NCBI GenBank assembly: GCA_050331735.1
Contig: JBHJGN010000082.1
Coordinates: forward strand, 1 to 43,909
Source: Cyanophyceae cyanobacterium
GTDB taxonomy: Bacteria; Cyanobacteriota; Cyanobacteriia; Cyanobacteriales; JBHJGN01
Length of the DNA: 43,909 nucleotides
Reading direction: 5' to 3'
Below, in pieces: positions 28,473 through 39,392 of the stretch. Positions within the stretch are counted from its first letter, which is position 1. Each line of letters opens with the position of its first letter. Under the pieces are notes generated by a model. That model was not told the origin of the DNA and did no database searches. It worked only from the letters and a program-made list of their open reading frames with translations. Made by a program: the position numbers and the translations under genes.

Positions 28473-28653
28473 AGCATCAGGTTGGCTAGTGAAGAAACAC
28501 ACCCGTGCTGGCAGACAGCATGATGGCCCTGGAAAAGAGAGAGGGACATAAGCACTGTACACTGGAGAAGGTCAGTAGTTCCGGTAGAGTAGCCTTTCCG
28601 GGCTTCCCCCAGAAGACACAGAGATTGGGTGTTACTTTTTCCTCTCTTTACCG

Positions 28654-29496
28654 ATGTCAACTCCTTCTATTCAATGGTATCCCGGTCATATTGCCAAAGC
28701 TGAGCGGCAGCTTAAAGAGCAGCTCAAGCGTGTAGACGTTGTGCTAGAGGTATTAGATGCCAGGATTCCCCTAGCCTCTCATCATCCTCACGTTCTGCAG
28801 TGGATTGGGAGCAAACCGAGAGTTTTAATTCTGAATCGCATGGACATGATCAGCGACTCTGTGCGCTCTCAGTGGCAAGAGTGGTTCGATAGGCAAGGAG
28901 AGTCTCCTTATTTTACCAATTCAAAACAGGGTAAAGGAATTAAGGCGGTCAGTCAAGCGGCGCAATCAGCCGGAGTAGAAATGAATCAACGGCGGCGCGA
29001 TCGCGGGATGCGTCCTCGTCCAGTGCGGGCGGTGGTGATTGGATTCCCCAACGTCGGTAAATCTGCCCTGATTAATCGGCTGCTGGGGCGTAAAGCAGTG
29101 ACGAGCGCTCGTCGTGCCGGGGTTACTCGCCAGCTTCGGTGGGTGCGGATTTCTGAGGAAATTGAGCTTCTCGATGCTCCGGGGGTCATTCCTGTTAAGT
29201 TAGATAATCAAAAAGATGCCGTTAAGCTCGCTATCTGTGAAGATATTGGTGAAGCCGCCTACGACAATCAGCTCGTCGCCACTGCCTTGGTGGATCTTCT
29301 GGTCGAGCTGGACTTTGAGCCGGTGCTCACTCGCTATAGCTTAGAACTTGGCCTGATGAACGGGGCAGAGTATGTTCATGCTTTAGGAACCCAACGCTAT
29401 CAAGGCGACGTTGAACGAGCCGCCGTTCAATTACTCAACGATTTTCGCAAAGGATTATTGGGAGCAATCCCGCTAGAATTACCGCCTCACGATTAG
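28654..29496 (+). CDS. ylqF: Ribosome biogenesis GTPase YlqF/RbgA
   Basis: IQWYPGH, DARIP, GFPNVGKS, GVTR, LLDAPG; circularly permuted GTPase order. Confidence 0.95.
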   Translation: MSTPSIQWYPGHIAKAERQLKEQLKRVDVVLEVLDARIPLASHHPHVLQWIGSKPRVLILNRMDMISDSVRSQWQEWFDRQGESPYFTNSKQGKGIKAVSQAAQSAGVEMNQRRRDRGMRPRPVRAVVIGFPNVGKSALINRLLGRKAVTSARRAGVTRQLRWVRISEEIELLDAPGVIPVKLDNQKDAVKLAICEDIGEAAYDNQLVATALVDLLVELDFEPVLTRYSLELGLMNGAEYVHALGTQRYQGDVERAAVQLLNDFRKGLLGAIPLELPPHD

Positions 29497-29634
29497 AGTC
29501 TATAGATTAGTAGTAGAGTTCAGACTGGCTGGAAATCGGGAAAAGGGTCAGGGGGAAAGGGGAAAGGTTTTCTGGTTAACTCTCTACAAATTTGTTCCTT
29601 ATTGTTGAAGAGATTGAGCGGTTTTTTGCAGGGG

Positions 29635-30126
29635 TTAAACGATGGCAAATTCTAAGCTGTGGCTGTTGAGGAAATCGTGGGTGAAATGATCGACGACGTT
29701 TGTATCGCTCAGTTCTAGATTGTAGAAATCAACAATATCGTGGTCGAAATAAGGACCAGCATGCCAAGTGCCAACGGCTAGCTTGATAAAACAGTTACCG
29801 GGAATCTCAAAGGCGGTAATGTCTTCTATGGCTGGTTGTTCTGAATCGGCAGGAGGCGCAACGGCCATGAGCCAATCTTTGCCTGCTAGAGCGCCTAAAC
29901 ACTGCGTACACTGGACGTGACGAGTAATGCGATGAAACTTGCGTCCGCGTTTGCGCAAGCGCATGATGTAGAAGCGAGGAATTCCACTGCTTAGATGAAG
30001 CTGAGCGTCGGTTTCGTCGAAAGGCTTAGCGTCTTCAGTCGGAGTAATCAACTGACCGTAGGGCTGAAAATTTTCGTGGGTAATCCCCTGAGCCTGAAGC
30101 TGTTTGATTAAGGCAGACTGATTCAT
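29635..30126 (-). CDS. Ureidoglycolate lyase/hydrolase-like cupin
   Basis: IT.ENF.PYGQ.I, ITRH..CTQCL, FIKL..GTWHAGP.F, FYNLELSDTN. Confidence 0.8.
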   Translation of the reverse strand: MNQSALIKQLQAQGITHENFQPYGQLITPTEDAKPFDETDAQLHLSSGIPRFYIMRLRKRGRKFHRITRHVQCTQCLGALAGKDWLMAVAPPADSEQPAIEDITAFEIPGNCFIKLAVGTWHAGPYFDHDIVDFYNLELSDTNVVDHFTHDFLNSHSLEFAIV

Positions 30127-30199
30127 CGTTCAAATAGAGAGAAAGCTACTGAAATTTAATCAACGAAACGTTCTTTAAGGACACAAGTCCTCTCTTTAC

Positions 30200-31885
30200 T
30201 CAAATACCGTGACTTTTTCCAATGACCCAGTGACGACGAAAAAAGCGAGCTAGTGACGTTTCTTCTAGGGGCATATAAATTGGTCGTCCGTGGGGACAGG
30301 TGTGAGGAGTGCGGGTATTTTGCCACTGATCTAAAAGAGTTTGCATCTGAGCCAAATCTAAAGGGGTTCCGTTACGAATAGCGCTGCGACAGGCAGTTGC
30401 CACTTGAGCAGACTGGACGTCGCCGCCTAAACTGAGTTCGATTAAAGCATCAGCACAATCGTCTCGTTTGACGAGCAGTTCTGGGGCAGACCGAACGGCC
30501 CATAGCTCTTCTCCAAAGGGTTCCACCGCAAGACCAAGGCGCTCAAGCTGTTCTCGCTGAGCGGTCGTTAGCTGGGCTAACACAATGGGAGTTTCTAGAG
30601 GAGTGAGGGTCCAGGACGCTTGAAGCTGTTCGTACAAAACTCTTTCGTGGGCAATATGCTGCTCAACCAGCCATAGCCCATCCGCATACTCGGCGACAAT
30701 ATAGGTTTGGCGAACTTGGGCAACGGCCCGTAGCTCGATCAAATTCAGAGGAGTCTGTTGAGAGGGCTGCTGACGTTCGGGGGTGAGTCGATACGCGCCT
30801 CGTTTCTCGGAGGCCTGCAGCAGTTTGCCAATACGACGATTGTGAACTGCCGCAGGCAAACTAGCCGGAGTTAGGCGCAGAGCCTGTTCAATAGCGTGAG
30901 TCACTTGCTCTTGCCAGTGCGGCATTGAGTGCAGATAAATTTCTGTTTTGGCCGGGTGGCGATTCCAGTCTATTTGGTTTGGAGAAATCTTCAGATGAAG
31001 GAAACATACCGGATAGCGATCACGGGGGAGGGTTTTAGTAAACGCGCCGACAATAGTTTGTTCGAGGGGCTGCGAGCGCACAACGCGACCGTTCACCGCT
31101 ACCCGTACCCAGTCTAAACGGCGGCGGTGACAGCGATCGGGTAAACCAACGACTAGCTCGATTTTACCCATCGCCTCCTCGCTTTGTGTGCCGTTGGGAC
31201 TAGCTGCTAGCTGTAGCTCCTGCAAATCGCCGGAACGAACAGAGGAAAGGAGCTGAGGCAGCACTTGCTGAGCTGTACCCGGACTGATTTTAAACCACAG
31301 CCGTTCGTTTTGCCATACCTGCCAAGTAACGTGGGGATGGCAGAGGGCTATTTGCCCAATTAGGTTTTGGACTGCTTTAAGCTGCTGTGATAGCGGAGGT
31401 AAACCTTGACGACGGGCCGCCCAGTTCCCAAACAGCTCGGAAACTGTGACAATGGTTCCAGGGGCGATCGCCGCCGTTGCTTCTGCTACTAGGTGACCAC
31501 CCTGATAAAGAATTCGCCACCCAGCGGTGGGGTCGGCGCTGCTGCGGCTGACGATTTCTACATCCGCTAGCTGCGTTAAACTGTGCAGCGCTTCTCCCCG
31601 AAAGCCAAGACTGGTAATGCGACCCAGATCGTCACTGGTCTGGATTTTGCTGGTACTGTGGGCTGATGCACAAAGACGTAAATCTGTCAAGGTTATGCCG
31701 TGGCCATTATCGGCAACCTGTACTCGCCATCGTTCAGGGTAGAGAGACACAGTAATTCTCGTCGCTCCGGCATCGAGAGAGTTTTCCACCAGTTCCCGAA
31801 CAACGGCGGCCAGAGAATCAATCACCTCGCCAGCAGCAATTAAATGAACAACGTCTGAGGGGAGTGTTTGAATTGAGGGTCTCAT
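30200..31885 (-). CDS. mutL: DNA mismatch repair endonuclease MutL
   Basis: IAAGEVI, ELVENSLDAGA, DNGHG, GFRGEAL, D.N.HP.K.E, EQHIAHERVLYE, ACR, CPHGRP. Confidence 0.95.
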   Translation of the reverse strand: MRPSIQTLPSDVVHLIAAGEVIDSLAAVVRELVENSLDAGATRITVSLYPERWRVQVADNGHGITLTDLRLCASAHSTSKIQTSDDLGRITSLGFRGEALHSLTQLADVEIVSRSSADPTAGWRILYQGGHLVAEATAAIAPGTIVTVSELFGNWAARRQGLPPLSQQLKAVQNLIGQIALCHPHVTWQVWQNERLWFKISPGTAQQVLPQLLSSVRSGDLQELQLAASPNGTQSEEAMGKIELVVGLPDRCHRRRLDWVRVAVNGRVVRSQPLEQTIVGAFTKTLPRDRYPVCFLHLKISPNQIDWNRHPAKTEIYLHSMPHWQEQVTHAIEQALRLTPASLPAAVHNRRIGKLLQASEKRGAYRLTPERQQPSQQTPLNLIELRAVAQVRQTYIVAEYADGLWLVEQHIAHERVLYEQLQASWTLTPLETPIVLAQLTTAQREQLERLGLAVEPFGEELWAVRSAPELLVKRDDCADALIELSLGGDVQSAQVATACRSAIRNGTPLDLAQMQTLLDQWQNTRTPHTCPHGRPIYMPLEETSLARFFRRHWVIGKSHGI

Positions 31886-32150
31886 TGACGACTGTGCTAA
31901 ACACATCGTAACTTCTGTAGTCTAATCAATTTGGAGCGGAAATAATTGGGGGGTGTTAACACAAAGATGAGGGCGATCGCTGGCGTTCACTGCCGCCGCT
32001 CGCCATTTTCCTCGCATTTTGATGCCATCGGGCCAGTAGATTTGTCACAATAATCATCAAGACGCTTCTGCTCTATTTCAACAGCCTTGAGCTGGGGAGA
32101 GATTCTCAGCCCTTTTAGCTAGCCATCAGTGTGAGAATGCCACAAAAATA

Positions 32151-33275
32151 ATGTTTGATCTAGCACGCCCCCTCTATCCTGCTCTTTTTGCCGTCGCCGG
32201 AGCCGATCCAGAAACCGCTCACCAGCAGATGCTCAAGACTCTGAGCACGATTGAGCGATCGCAGAGTCCTTGGGGACGCTGGCTGCGGTCTCAGTTCGAG
32301 GCGTCTTTTTGTTTAGAAGACGAGCGCCTTCATCAAAATCTGTGGGGACTCGCTTTTAATAACCCCGTCGGGCTGGCAGCAGGCTTCGATAAAAATGGTG
32401 TCGCGGCTGGCATTTGGCCGAGCTTCGGCTTTGGCTTTGCTGAACTGGGGGCGGTGACTCTACAGGCTCAACCGGGGAATCCGCGTCCGCGCCTGTTTCG
32501 CCTCGCGGCAGATCGAGCGGCCCTCAACCGCATGGGAGCCAATAATTTAGGAGCGGCGGCGATTGCCAACTCTCTTCAGGAAACCTGGCAGAGAACGCCG
32601 CGTCCTATTCCAATGGGGATCAATCTGTGTAAGTCCAAATCGACTCCCCTCGATGAGGCTGCTGCTGACTACGTGGGCAGCTTTCGCCTGCTTAAAGAGT
32701 GGGCCGATTACTTTGTGATCAACGTCAGTTCCCCCAATACCCCCGGGCTGCGATCGCTCCAGGCTACCGAGCAGCTTCATCCGATTCTAGCGGCTTTGCA
32801 GAAGGAACAGGGCGGCAAACCCCTGCTGATTAAGATTTCTCCAGATTTAGACTGGGAGGCGATCACCGCCATCATCGATTTAGCTCAAACCTATGCCCTC
32901 GCTGGCCTCATTGCCATTAATACAACGACCCGCCGGGACCATCTCAAAACTCAGACGCTACCATCGACAGGCAAGCCGCTAGCTGAGGAAGCGGGAGGAA
33001 TTAGCGGTGCGCCCCTCAGCAAGCGGTCTACAGAAGTAATTCGCTTCATTGCTCAGCAGACGAAGGGGCAGCTACCGATTGTAGGGGTCGGCGGTATTTT
33101 TACCGCCGAAGATGCCTGGGAGAAGATTACAGCAGGAGCCAGCTTGCTCCAGATCTACACCGGGTGGTTTTATGAAGGACCCTGGATCGTGCCCCGAATT
33201 TTGGCGGGATTAATGACTAAGCTAGAAGAACGCGGCTTATCTAAGCTATCTGAAGCGGTTGGGCTAGAGCGTTGA
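32151..33275 (+). CDS. pyrD: Quinone-dependent dihydroorotate dehydrogenase
   Basis: [52 protein letters not shown]. Confidence 0.95.
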   Translation: MFDLARPLYPALFAVAGADPETAHQQMLKTLSTIERSQSPWGRWLRSQFEASFCLEDERLHQNLWGLAFNNPVGLAAGFDKNGVAAGIWPSFGFGFAELGAVTLQAQPGNPRPRLFRLAADRAALNRMGANNLGAAAIANSLQETWQRTPRPIPMGINLCKSKSTPLDEAAADYVGSFRLLKEWADYFVINVSSPNTPGLRSLQATEQLHPILAALQKEQGGKPLLIKISPDLDWEAITAIIDLAQTYALAGLIAINTTTRRDHLKTQTLPSTGKPLAEEAGGISGAPLSKRSTEVIRFIAQQTKGQLPIVGVGGIFTAEDAWEKITAGASLLQIYTGWFYEGPWIVPRILAGLMTKLEERGLSKLSEAVGLER

Positions 33276-33366
33276 TGCGCCGTGTTGCCTGTCTCTACCC
33301 GCATAGCCGTTTGTCGTCAATTCATAACAGAGTCAGCTTGTTACAAATCTTTAACATTTTTTATTT

Positions 33367-33380
33367 GTAGCGTATACTAC
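33367..33380 (+). promoter_or_regulatory. NtcA-like box (GTA-N8-TAC) enclosing a TATACT -10-like hexamer upstream of crtR
   Basis: GTAGCGTATACTAC; TATACT at 33373-33378; AAGGAG RBS at 33393-33398. Confidence 0.35.
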
Positions 33381-33400
33381 CCAAAAGAGAGTAAGGAGCA

Positions 33401-34300
33401 ATGAGCGTGCAGTCGGTTCAACTGCCCCCATCACCAAGAGAGTTTTTGAAACCGCATGGTGGCTTTAATGTCAACGTGTGGATGTTTTTAGTAGCCTTAG
33501 CGCTATTAGCGCTGTCTCACTGCGGTTACTGGCTGTGGGGCTGGCTAGGCTGGTGCTGCTTTAGCGCGAATGTGCTGGCTCTGCACATGGCAGGAACGAT
33601 CATTCACGATGCGTCCCACAACAGCGGACACAGCAACCGCATCATTAATGCTGTCTTAGGACACGGTAGCGCCCTCATGCTGGGGTTTGCTTTTCCCGTG
33701 TTTACGCGGGTTCATCTTCAGCATCATGCTCACGTCAACGATCCCCGCAACGATCCCGATCATTTTGTGTCTACGGGTGGTCCTTTGTGGCTGATTGCCG
33801 TTCGCTTTTTCTACCACGAGGTATTTTTTTTCAAGCGACAACTCTGGCGAAAGTACGAGCTACTGGAGTGGTTTTTGAGCCGTCTGTTTTTAGTCACGAT
33901 TGTGACTATGGCCTGTCGTTATAACTTTTTTGATTACGTTTTGACCTATTGGTTTTTACCCGCCTTCGTCGTGGGCATTGCCCTCGGGCTATTTTTCGAC
34001 TATTTGCCCCATCGTCCGTTCCAAGAGCGCAATCGCTGGAAAAATGCCCGGGTTTATCCGAGTTCGGTCCTCAATCTGCTAATTCTAGGACAGAACTATC
34101 ATCTTGTTCATCACCTGTGGCCGTCTATTCCCTGGTATAAGTATCAGTCTGCCTACTGGGAAACCAAGCCTCTCCTAGATGCTCAAGGATGCGAGCAACG
34201 TTTGGGGTTAGGGGAAAGTCAAAGTTGGTGGAGATTTTTGTATGATGTTTTCTTCGGCATACGCTGGCATCGTCCTCAGACGGGAGGCAAAAATTTGTAA
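33401..34300 (+). CDS. crtR: Beta-carotene hydroxylase (fatty-acid-desaturase fold)
   Basis: His boxes HDASH, RVHLQHH, NYHLVHH; NDPDHFVSTGGPLW and FFDYLPHRPF characteristic of CrtR. Confidence 0.92.
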   Translation: MSVQSVQLPPSPREFLKPHGGFNVNVWMFLVALALLALSHCGYWLWGWLGWCCFSANVLALHMAGTIIHDASHNSGHSNRIINAVLGHGSALMLGFAFPVFTRVHLQHHAHVNDPRNDPDHFVSTGGPLWLIAVRFFYHEVFFFKRQLWRKYELLEWFLSRLFLVTIVTMACRYNFFDYVLTYWFLPAFVVGIALGLFFDYLPHRPFQERNRWKNARVYPSSVLNLLILGQNYHLVHHLWPSIPWYKYQSAYWETKPLLDAQGCEQRLGLGESQSWWRFLYDVFFGIRWHRPQTGGKNL

Positions 34301-34675
34301 GGAGCCCTAGTATCTGTGGGATAGCAGCTACCGTAACCACACGAGCACTCAAAGAGGTGGTTCTTCGCGTTCGCATCGAAACAGAATGCTCAAAACTGTT
34401 AATATCAAGCCAAACTAGTGTAGAAATTGACAAAGCATAACGTTCCGACGAGGGTGAGGTGTCAGTCGCCCTCAAGAAGAGATGAAAGGACTGTTTCGGA
34501 AAACGGTGTTAGAATCCAGCTCAGGAGCGGATGTTGCCCTTGGAGCTTGGCGAATGCTCTCTTAAGAATAAGCCGTTGTCAGTTGGCAAGGCAGGTTCAG
34601 TCGATGACAAAGTAATGACCAGAATCTTCTGAAATTTAGCAGTATATTAAGTAAAGTTAACGGTAAAACGCGGTT

Positions 34676-36019
34676 ATGTCATCCAAAACACTTGCCGTTC
34701 GTGGAGCTGCTTGGACTATCATCGGCTACGGTTTTAATCAAGGGTTAAGACTCGTTAGCAACCTAATTTTAACACGACTGCTGGTTCCAGAGCTTTTTGG
34801 ACTGATGGCTCTAATTAACACCTTTATCATCGGTCTTAATCTGTTTTCCGACGTTGGGATTGGTCCCAGCATTATTCAAAATAAGCGCGGCAATGAGCCA
34901 GCTTTTTACAATACTGCCTGGACCTTACAAGCGATCCGTGGCTTTGGACTCTGGTTGTGCTGTCTGGCGATTGCTTGGCCTGTGGCCCAGATTTATGACG
35001 AGCCGCAATTGAGATGGCTGATTCCCATCGTTGGGCTGTCAACGATCCTTGCTGGTTTTAATTCCACCGCCATTTTTTCTCTCAACCGTCGAATGGCTTT
35101 AGGAAAGCTCACCATATTTGAAATAGCCATCCAAGTTGCGACTCTCGCAGTGATGGTTGGCTGGGCATGGATAAGTCCAACTATTTGGGCTTTAGTGGCG
35201 GGAAATTTAGTGTCAGGGTTTGTCAAAATGGCGCTCAGTCACGGGTTAGTACCGCAGACACAGAATCGTTTTGCTTGGGATCAAACAGCTCTTGAAGAGC
35301 TGTTTACTTTTGGAAGATGGATTTTTGTCTCTACCGCAATGTTGTTTCTAGCCACTCAAGCAGACCGGCTCATTCTAGGAAAGCTGTTTTCGTTTGAGCT
35401 TCTGGGAATTTACACCATTGCCTTTATGATTGCTGATGTTCCTCGCCAAGTGGTAGCAGCCGTTAGTCATAAAGTCATATTTCCTCTAGTTTCTCAGCAT
35501 GCCGAGCTATCGCGAGAGACACTGAGAGCCAAAATCCTACCCAAGCGTCGATTGTTGTTAGTGGGATTTGCTTTTTTAACAACGTCTCTAGCCTGCTTCG
35601 GAGATGTGCTAATTCTCAGCCTATACAATGACCAGTATGCTCAAGCTGCCTGGATGTTGCCGATTTTAGCTCTTGGGATTTGGCCAATCGTTCTGTTTCA
35701 GCTAATTAATCCATCACTGCTTGCTATTGGCAAACCGCTTTACGGAGCTTGCGGCAACACTCTCAAGTTTATCTATATGGTAGTCGGGGTGCCTCTAGCC
35801 TTTTCTTTCCTCGGAGTGTTGGGAGCCATCGTAGCGATCGCGTTCAACGACCTGCCTCTTTATGGAGCGGTTACCTACGGTCTTGAGAAGGAACACCTAT
35901 CCGTTTTGAAGCAAGATTTTCAGGTAACGTTATTGTTGATTGGCTTAATTACTCTAATTTGTACAGGGCGTTATTTTCTCAATCTTGGGCTTCCCATTGA
36001 AGAAATTTTATCAGGATAA
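34676..36019 (+). CDS. Wzx-type oligosaccharide flippase
   Basis: LILTRLL.PE.FG, FSDVGIG.SIIQ, FGRWIF, QADRLILGK....LG.Y..A; about 12 TM. Confidence 0.88.
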   Translation: MSSKTLAVRGAAWTIIGYGFNQGLRLVSNLILTRLLVPELFGLMALINTFIIGLNLFSDVGIGPSIIQNKRGNEPAFYNTAWTLQAIRGFGLWLCCLAIAWPVAQIYDEPQLRWLIPIVGLSTILAGFNSTAIFSLNRRMALGKLTIFEIAIQVATLAVMVGWAWISPTIWALVAGNLVSGFVKMALSHGLVPQTQNRFAWDQTALEELFTFGRWIFVSTAMLFLATQADRLILGKLFSFELLGIYTIAFMIADVPRQVVAAVSHKVIFPLVSQHAELSRETLRAKILPKRRLLLVGFAFLTTSLACFGDVLILSLYNDQYAQAAWMLPILALGIWPIVLFQLINPSLLAIGKPLYGACGNTLKFIYMVVGVPLAFSFLGVLGAIVAIAFNDLPLYGAVTYGLEKEHLSVLKQDFQVTLLLIGLITLICTGRYFLNLGLPIEEILSG

Positions 36020-36021
36020 CC

Positions 36022-36891
36022 ATGCGATTACCCGATTTTCTCATTATTGGAGCTGCCAAATCTGGAACAACTACTCTATATAGATATTTGTGTCACCATT
36101 CACAAATTTATATGAGTCCTCACAAAGAGCCTAGTTTTTTTGCTCGAGACGAAGTTTACGCTCGAGGAATCGAGTGGTACGCAGCCCTCTTTGATGAGGC
36201 GAACCCCGAACAGATCTGTGGCGAGGCATCAACCGACTATACTAAGTTTCCTCGCTGGCCCCACTCGGCAGAACGAATCGCGCAATGGCTGCCGCAGGTA
36301 AAAATGATTTACATCATGCGCAATCCTGTAGACCGAGCCTACTCCTATTATGTTCACATCAATCGGGGTTTAAAAGTTGACGAAACTTTTGAAGAGCATC
36401 TTGAGAAGACCAGTATTTGTCTAGACGGAAGCCGCTATCTGCTCCAGATTAAGCGTTATCTACAGTTTTTCCCTCAAGAATCCTTTCTGTTTCTATTGCT
36501 CGAAGACCTCACTGAGCAACCGAACCAAACTTTATCAGCGGTTTGCCAGTTTTTGGGAATCGCTCAAGACTTTGATTTTAACGATCAGGGGACGATTACC
36601 GCCAATTCTGGTAAAAACTGGTTTGAGCAGAAAATGCGTGTCCAACTGACAGCTCCTATTAAAGCGATTCCGGGGGCTGAGGCAACCGCGGCTCTACTAC
36701 CGCGGCAGTGGCGTGACTGGGTTTACCATCACCTCATCAGCGGCTCGTTCTACGGTAAGCAAATTAAACAGCAGTATATTAATCCGCCGATGCTTCCCGA
36801 AACTCGCCAAAGGCTCATTGCTCACTACCGTCCCCTCAATCAACAGTTGTCAGAGTTTCTCAATCGTGACCTCTCTCTATGGAATCAGTAG
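36022..36891 (+). CDS. PAPS-dependent sulfotransferase
   Basis: PDFLIIGAAKSGTT, KEP.FF, GEAST.Y, MRNPVDRAYS. Confidence 0.9.
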   Translation: MRLPDFLIIGAAKSGTTTLYRYLCHHSQIYMSPHKEPSFFARDEVYARGIEWYAALFDEANPEQICGEASTDYTKFPRWPHSAERIAQWLPQVKMIYIMRNPVDRAYSYYVHINRGLKVDETFEEHLEKTSICLDGSRYLLQIKRYLQFFPQESFLFLLLEDLTEQPNQTLSAVCQFLGIAQDFDFNDQGTITANSGKNWFEQKMRVQLTAPIKAIPGAEATAALLPRQWRDWVYHHLISGSFYGKQIKQQYINPPMLPETRQRLIAHYRPLNQQLSEFLNRDLSLWNQ

Positions 36892-36948
36892 GTTTGTTTC
36901 CGAGGGAATGAGGAGAAGTCCGATAACATTACTTCAATTGGTTTTAGT

Positions 36949-38388
36949 ATGTCCTTCCAAGCTCAGCTAGTCATGTTAGCCTGGATGCCACTGGTAATCT
37001 ACTTGTTTTGGTGGTTGCCAGCGCCAAAGGCCGTTGTCATTAGCTTTATCGCTGCGTGGCTATTTTTACCCCAAGGAGCTGGCTTTGTCTTTACTGGCAT
37101 TCCAGACTACACCCGGATGTCTGCCACTTGCTACGGAATTTTTTTGGCCACCCTAATCTTTGATGCTCAGCGTCTGCGGTCATTTAAGTTCAGTTGGCTA
37201 GATTGGCCGATGTTAATTTGGTGCTTGTGTCCAATCCCGTCATCTTTGAGCAATGGACTTGGTGCCTATCATGGTTTCTCTCTAGCTTTAAGCCAGACAG
37301 TTGCCTACGGACTGCCTTACTTTCTTGGTCGCATTTATTTAAACAATCTTGCTGGGCTGCGTTACTTAGCAATGAGCATGTTGGTTGGCGGTTTGATCTA
37401 CGTTCCACTCTGCCTTTATGAAATTAGAATGAGTCCGCAGGTACACTACCTAGTTTATGGCTACCATAACATGCGGGCTTTTTTACAATCCATGCGTCTA
37501 GGCGGATACAGACCCTATGTATTTATGCAGCACGGACTTAGCGTTGGTATGTGGATGATGGCCGCCACCTTAATCGGAATTTGGCTTTGGCAAGCTGGTT
37601 GTCTTAAAAGGCGGCTTTGGGGAATCTCAATTGAGTGGTTCTTGCTTGGGTTGCTGTTTACCTTCGTACTCGTCAGATCGGCAGGAGCTTATCTCTATTT
37701 CGCCTACGGAATTGCTACTCTGCTGATTGTCAAGTGGTTCCGCACAGCTATTCCTCTGTTCTTTTTGGTAGGAGCAATTTTGTTCTACTTGTTTTTAGGA
37801 ATCAGCGGGAATTTTTCTGAAACCCACGCAGATAGGCTGGTGACCATTGCCTCTCAGCTAGTAGGCTCAGAACGAGCAGGCTCTCTAGAGTTTAGGATAG
37901 AAAATGAAGAAATGCTGGCCCGTAAAGCACGGGAACAGCTCGTTTTTGGTTGGGGTGGATTTGGGCGAGCCCGGATTTACGAGGAAAATTGGGAAGGAGA
38001 CCTAGTCGATGTTTCCATTACCGATAGCTTGTGGATTATTGCGTTTGGAGATTATGGAGTCGTTGGTGTAGCGGCTATTTTTAGCTCGTCACTGCTGCCG
38101 ACATTTGTCTTTTTTGGATTCCGCTATCGGGCTAGTTTGTGGTTCAATCCAAATGTAGCGCCAGCTGCGGTCCTCGCTCTCGTGATTGTTCTCTACATGG
38201 TAGACTGCACACTTAATAATCTCCCTAATCCAGTTTTCACGATGACCTCTGGAGGAATTGCAGGTCTTGTCCTCACAGGAGGAGCTAAAAATGTTTCTCA
38301 GCGGACTGTTGCCAATTCTCACGACTCCGCAAGGCGGCTGCGGGTCAGAGCTAATTCCCTCCGCCGCAAAAGCACAGCCGATCGCTAG
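36949..38388 (+). CDS. Wzy polymerase / O-antigen ligase family membrane protein
   Basis: Many TM segments; RLGGYRP.VF..H, RAGSLEFR..NE, FGWGG.GR, DSLWII.FG..G.VG Wzy_C-like loop. Confidence 0.8.
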   Translation: MSFQAQLVMLAWMPLVIYLFWWLPAPKAVVISFIAAWLFLPQGAGFVFTGIPDYTRMSATCYGIFLATLIFDAQRLRSFKFSWLDWPMLIWCLCPIPSSLSNGLGAYHGFSLALSQTVAYGLPYFLGRIYLNNLAGLRYLAMSMLVGGLIYVPLCLYEIRMSPQVHYLVYGYHNMRAFLQSMRLGGYRPYVFMQHGLSVGMWMMAATLIGIWLWQAGCLKRRLWGISIEWFLLGLLFTFVLVRSAGAYLYFAYGIATLLIVKWFRTAIPLFFLVGAILFYLFLGISGNFSETHADRLVTIASQLVGSERAGSLEFRIENEEMLARKAREQLVFGWGGFGRARIYEENWEGDLVDVSITDSLWIIAFGDYGVVGVAAIFSSSLLPTFVFFGFRYRASLWFNPNVAPAAVLALVIVLYMVDCTLNNLPNPVFTMTSGGIAGLVLTGGAKNVSQRTVANSHDSARRLRVRANSLRRKSTADR

Positions 38389-38420
38389 GCAATCGTCATG
38401 ATCTTTCTCAAAAAACTCCC

Positions 38421-39368
38421 ATGACCAATTCTTTATCTCACCCCCTATTTCTTGTCGGTGCTGAACGCTCTGGAACCACTCTGCTGAGGCTGATGCTGGC
38501 TTATCATCCTCAAATTGCCTGGTGTTTTGAATTTGAGTATGCCGTTGACTTAATCGGCGAGGACGGCCAGTTTCCTCAGCTTGCTGATTATTACGAGTGG
38601 CTAGAAACCCACCGTATTTTTCAATCAACGGGTTTCACGATCGCTCATCATCTAGATTATACTCAGTTGGTTAATAGCTTTTTGATTCAGCAGCGCGAGC
38701 GCACTCAAAAACCGATTATTGGGGCCACCGTTCATCGTCATTTTGACCAGCTTCTCCAGCTTTGGCCTCAGGCTCGGTTTATTCACCTTCTGCGTGACGG
38801 CAGAGACGTTGCTCGCTCCTGCATCGGGATGGGCTGGGCTGGTAACGTCTGGACAGGGGTAGAACGCTGGATAGAGGCTGAACACCTGTGGAAGAAGCTC
38901 CAAAATTCTCTCTCTTGCGAAGCTTGGCTGGAAATTAAATACGAGGAGTTGATTGCCGAGCCGACGGCTACTTTAACCCAGATTTGCGATTTTATTGGTG
39001 TTTCCTACAGTGAAGCCATGCTGAGCTATCCCCAATCGACAACCTATACTCAACCAGAGTCCAATTTAATTGGGCAATGGCAACGCAAATTAAGCGAGCG
39101 CGAGGTGCGTCTGGTTGAGTCAAGGATTGGGCAGATGCTAGCAGAGCGCGGCTACGAGCTGAGCGGGTTGCCACCGTTAGTCGTGACTCCCGTTATAAAA
39201 ACCCAGCTTCAGCTACAGGACTGGTCGTCTCGTCTCCAGTTCCGAATCCAGCGCAACGGACTGCCGTTGGTTTTATCCGATTACTTAGCTCGGCGGCTGG
39301 GCATTAAGCAGTGGCAGAAGCGGCTTCAGCTTAAACTGAATGCCATTGAAGCAGCCACTCTCAAATAA
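38421..39368 (+). CDS. PAPS-dependent sulfotransferase
   Basis: FLVGAERSGTTLL...L..HP, IHLLRDGRDVARS, KYEELI..P..TL..IC.F.G. Confidence 0.9.
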   Translation: MTNSLSHPLFLVGAERSGTTLLRLMLAYHPQIAWCFEFEYAVDLIGEDGQFPQLADYYEWLETHRIFQSTGFTIAHHLDYTQLVNSFLIQQRERTQKPIIGATVHRHFDQLLQLWPQARFIHLLRDGRDVARSCIGMGWAGNVWTGVERWIEAEHLWKKLQNSLSCEAWLEIKYEELIAEPTATLTQICDFIGVSYSEAMLSYPQSTTYTQPESNLIGQWQRKLSEREVRLVESRIGQMLAERGYELSGLPPLVVTPVIKTQLQLQDWSSRLQFRIQRNGLPLVLSDYLARRLGIKQWQKRLQLKLNAIEAATLK

Positions 39369-39392
39369 ACACGGAACTGTATAGCTTCTGAC

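Noticed and set aside
30630..30670. MutL endonuclease motif reads EQHIAHERVLYE rather than DQHAxxE
   Set aside because: This variant is usual in cyanobacterial MutL; ACR and CPHGRP motifs are intact.
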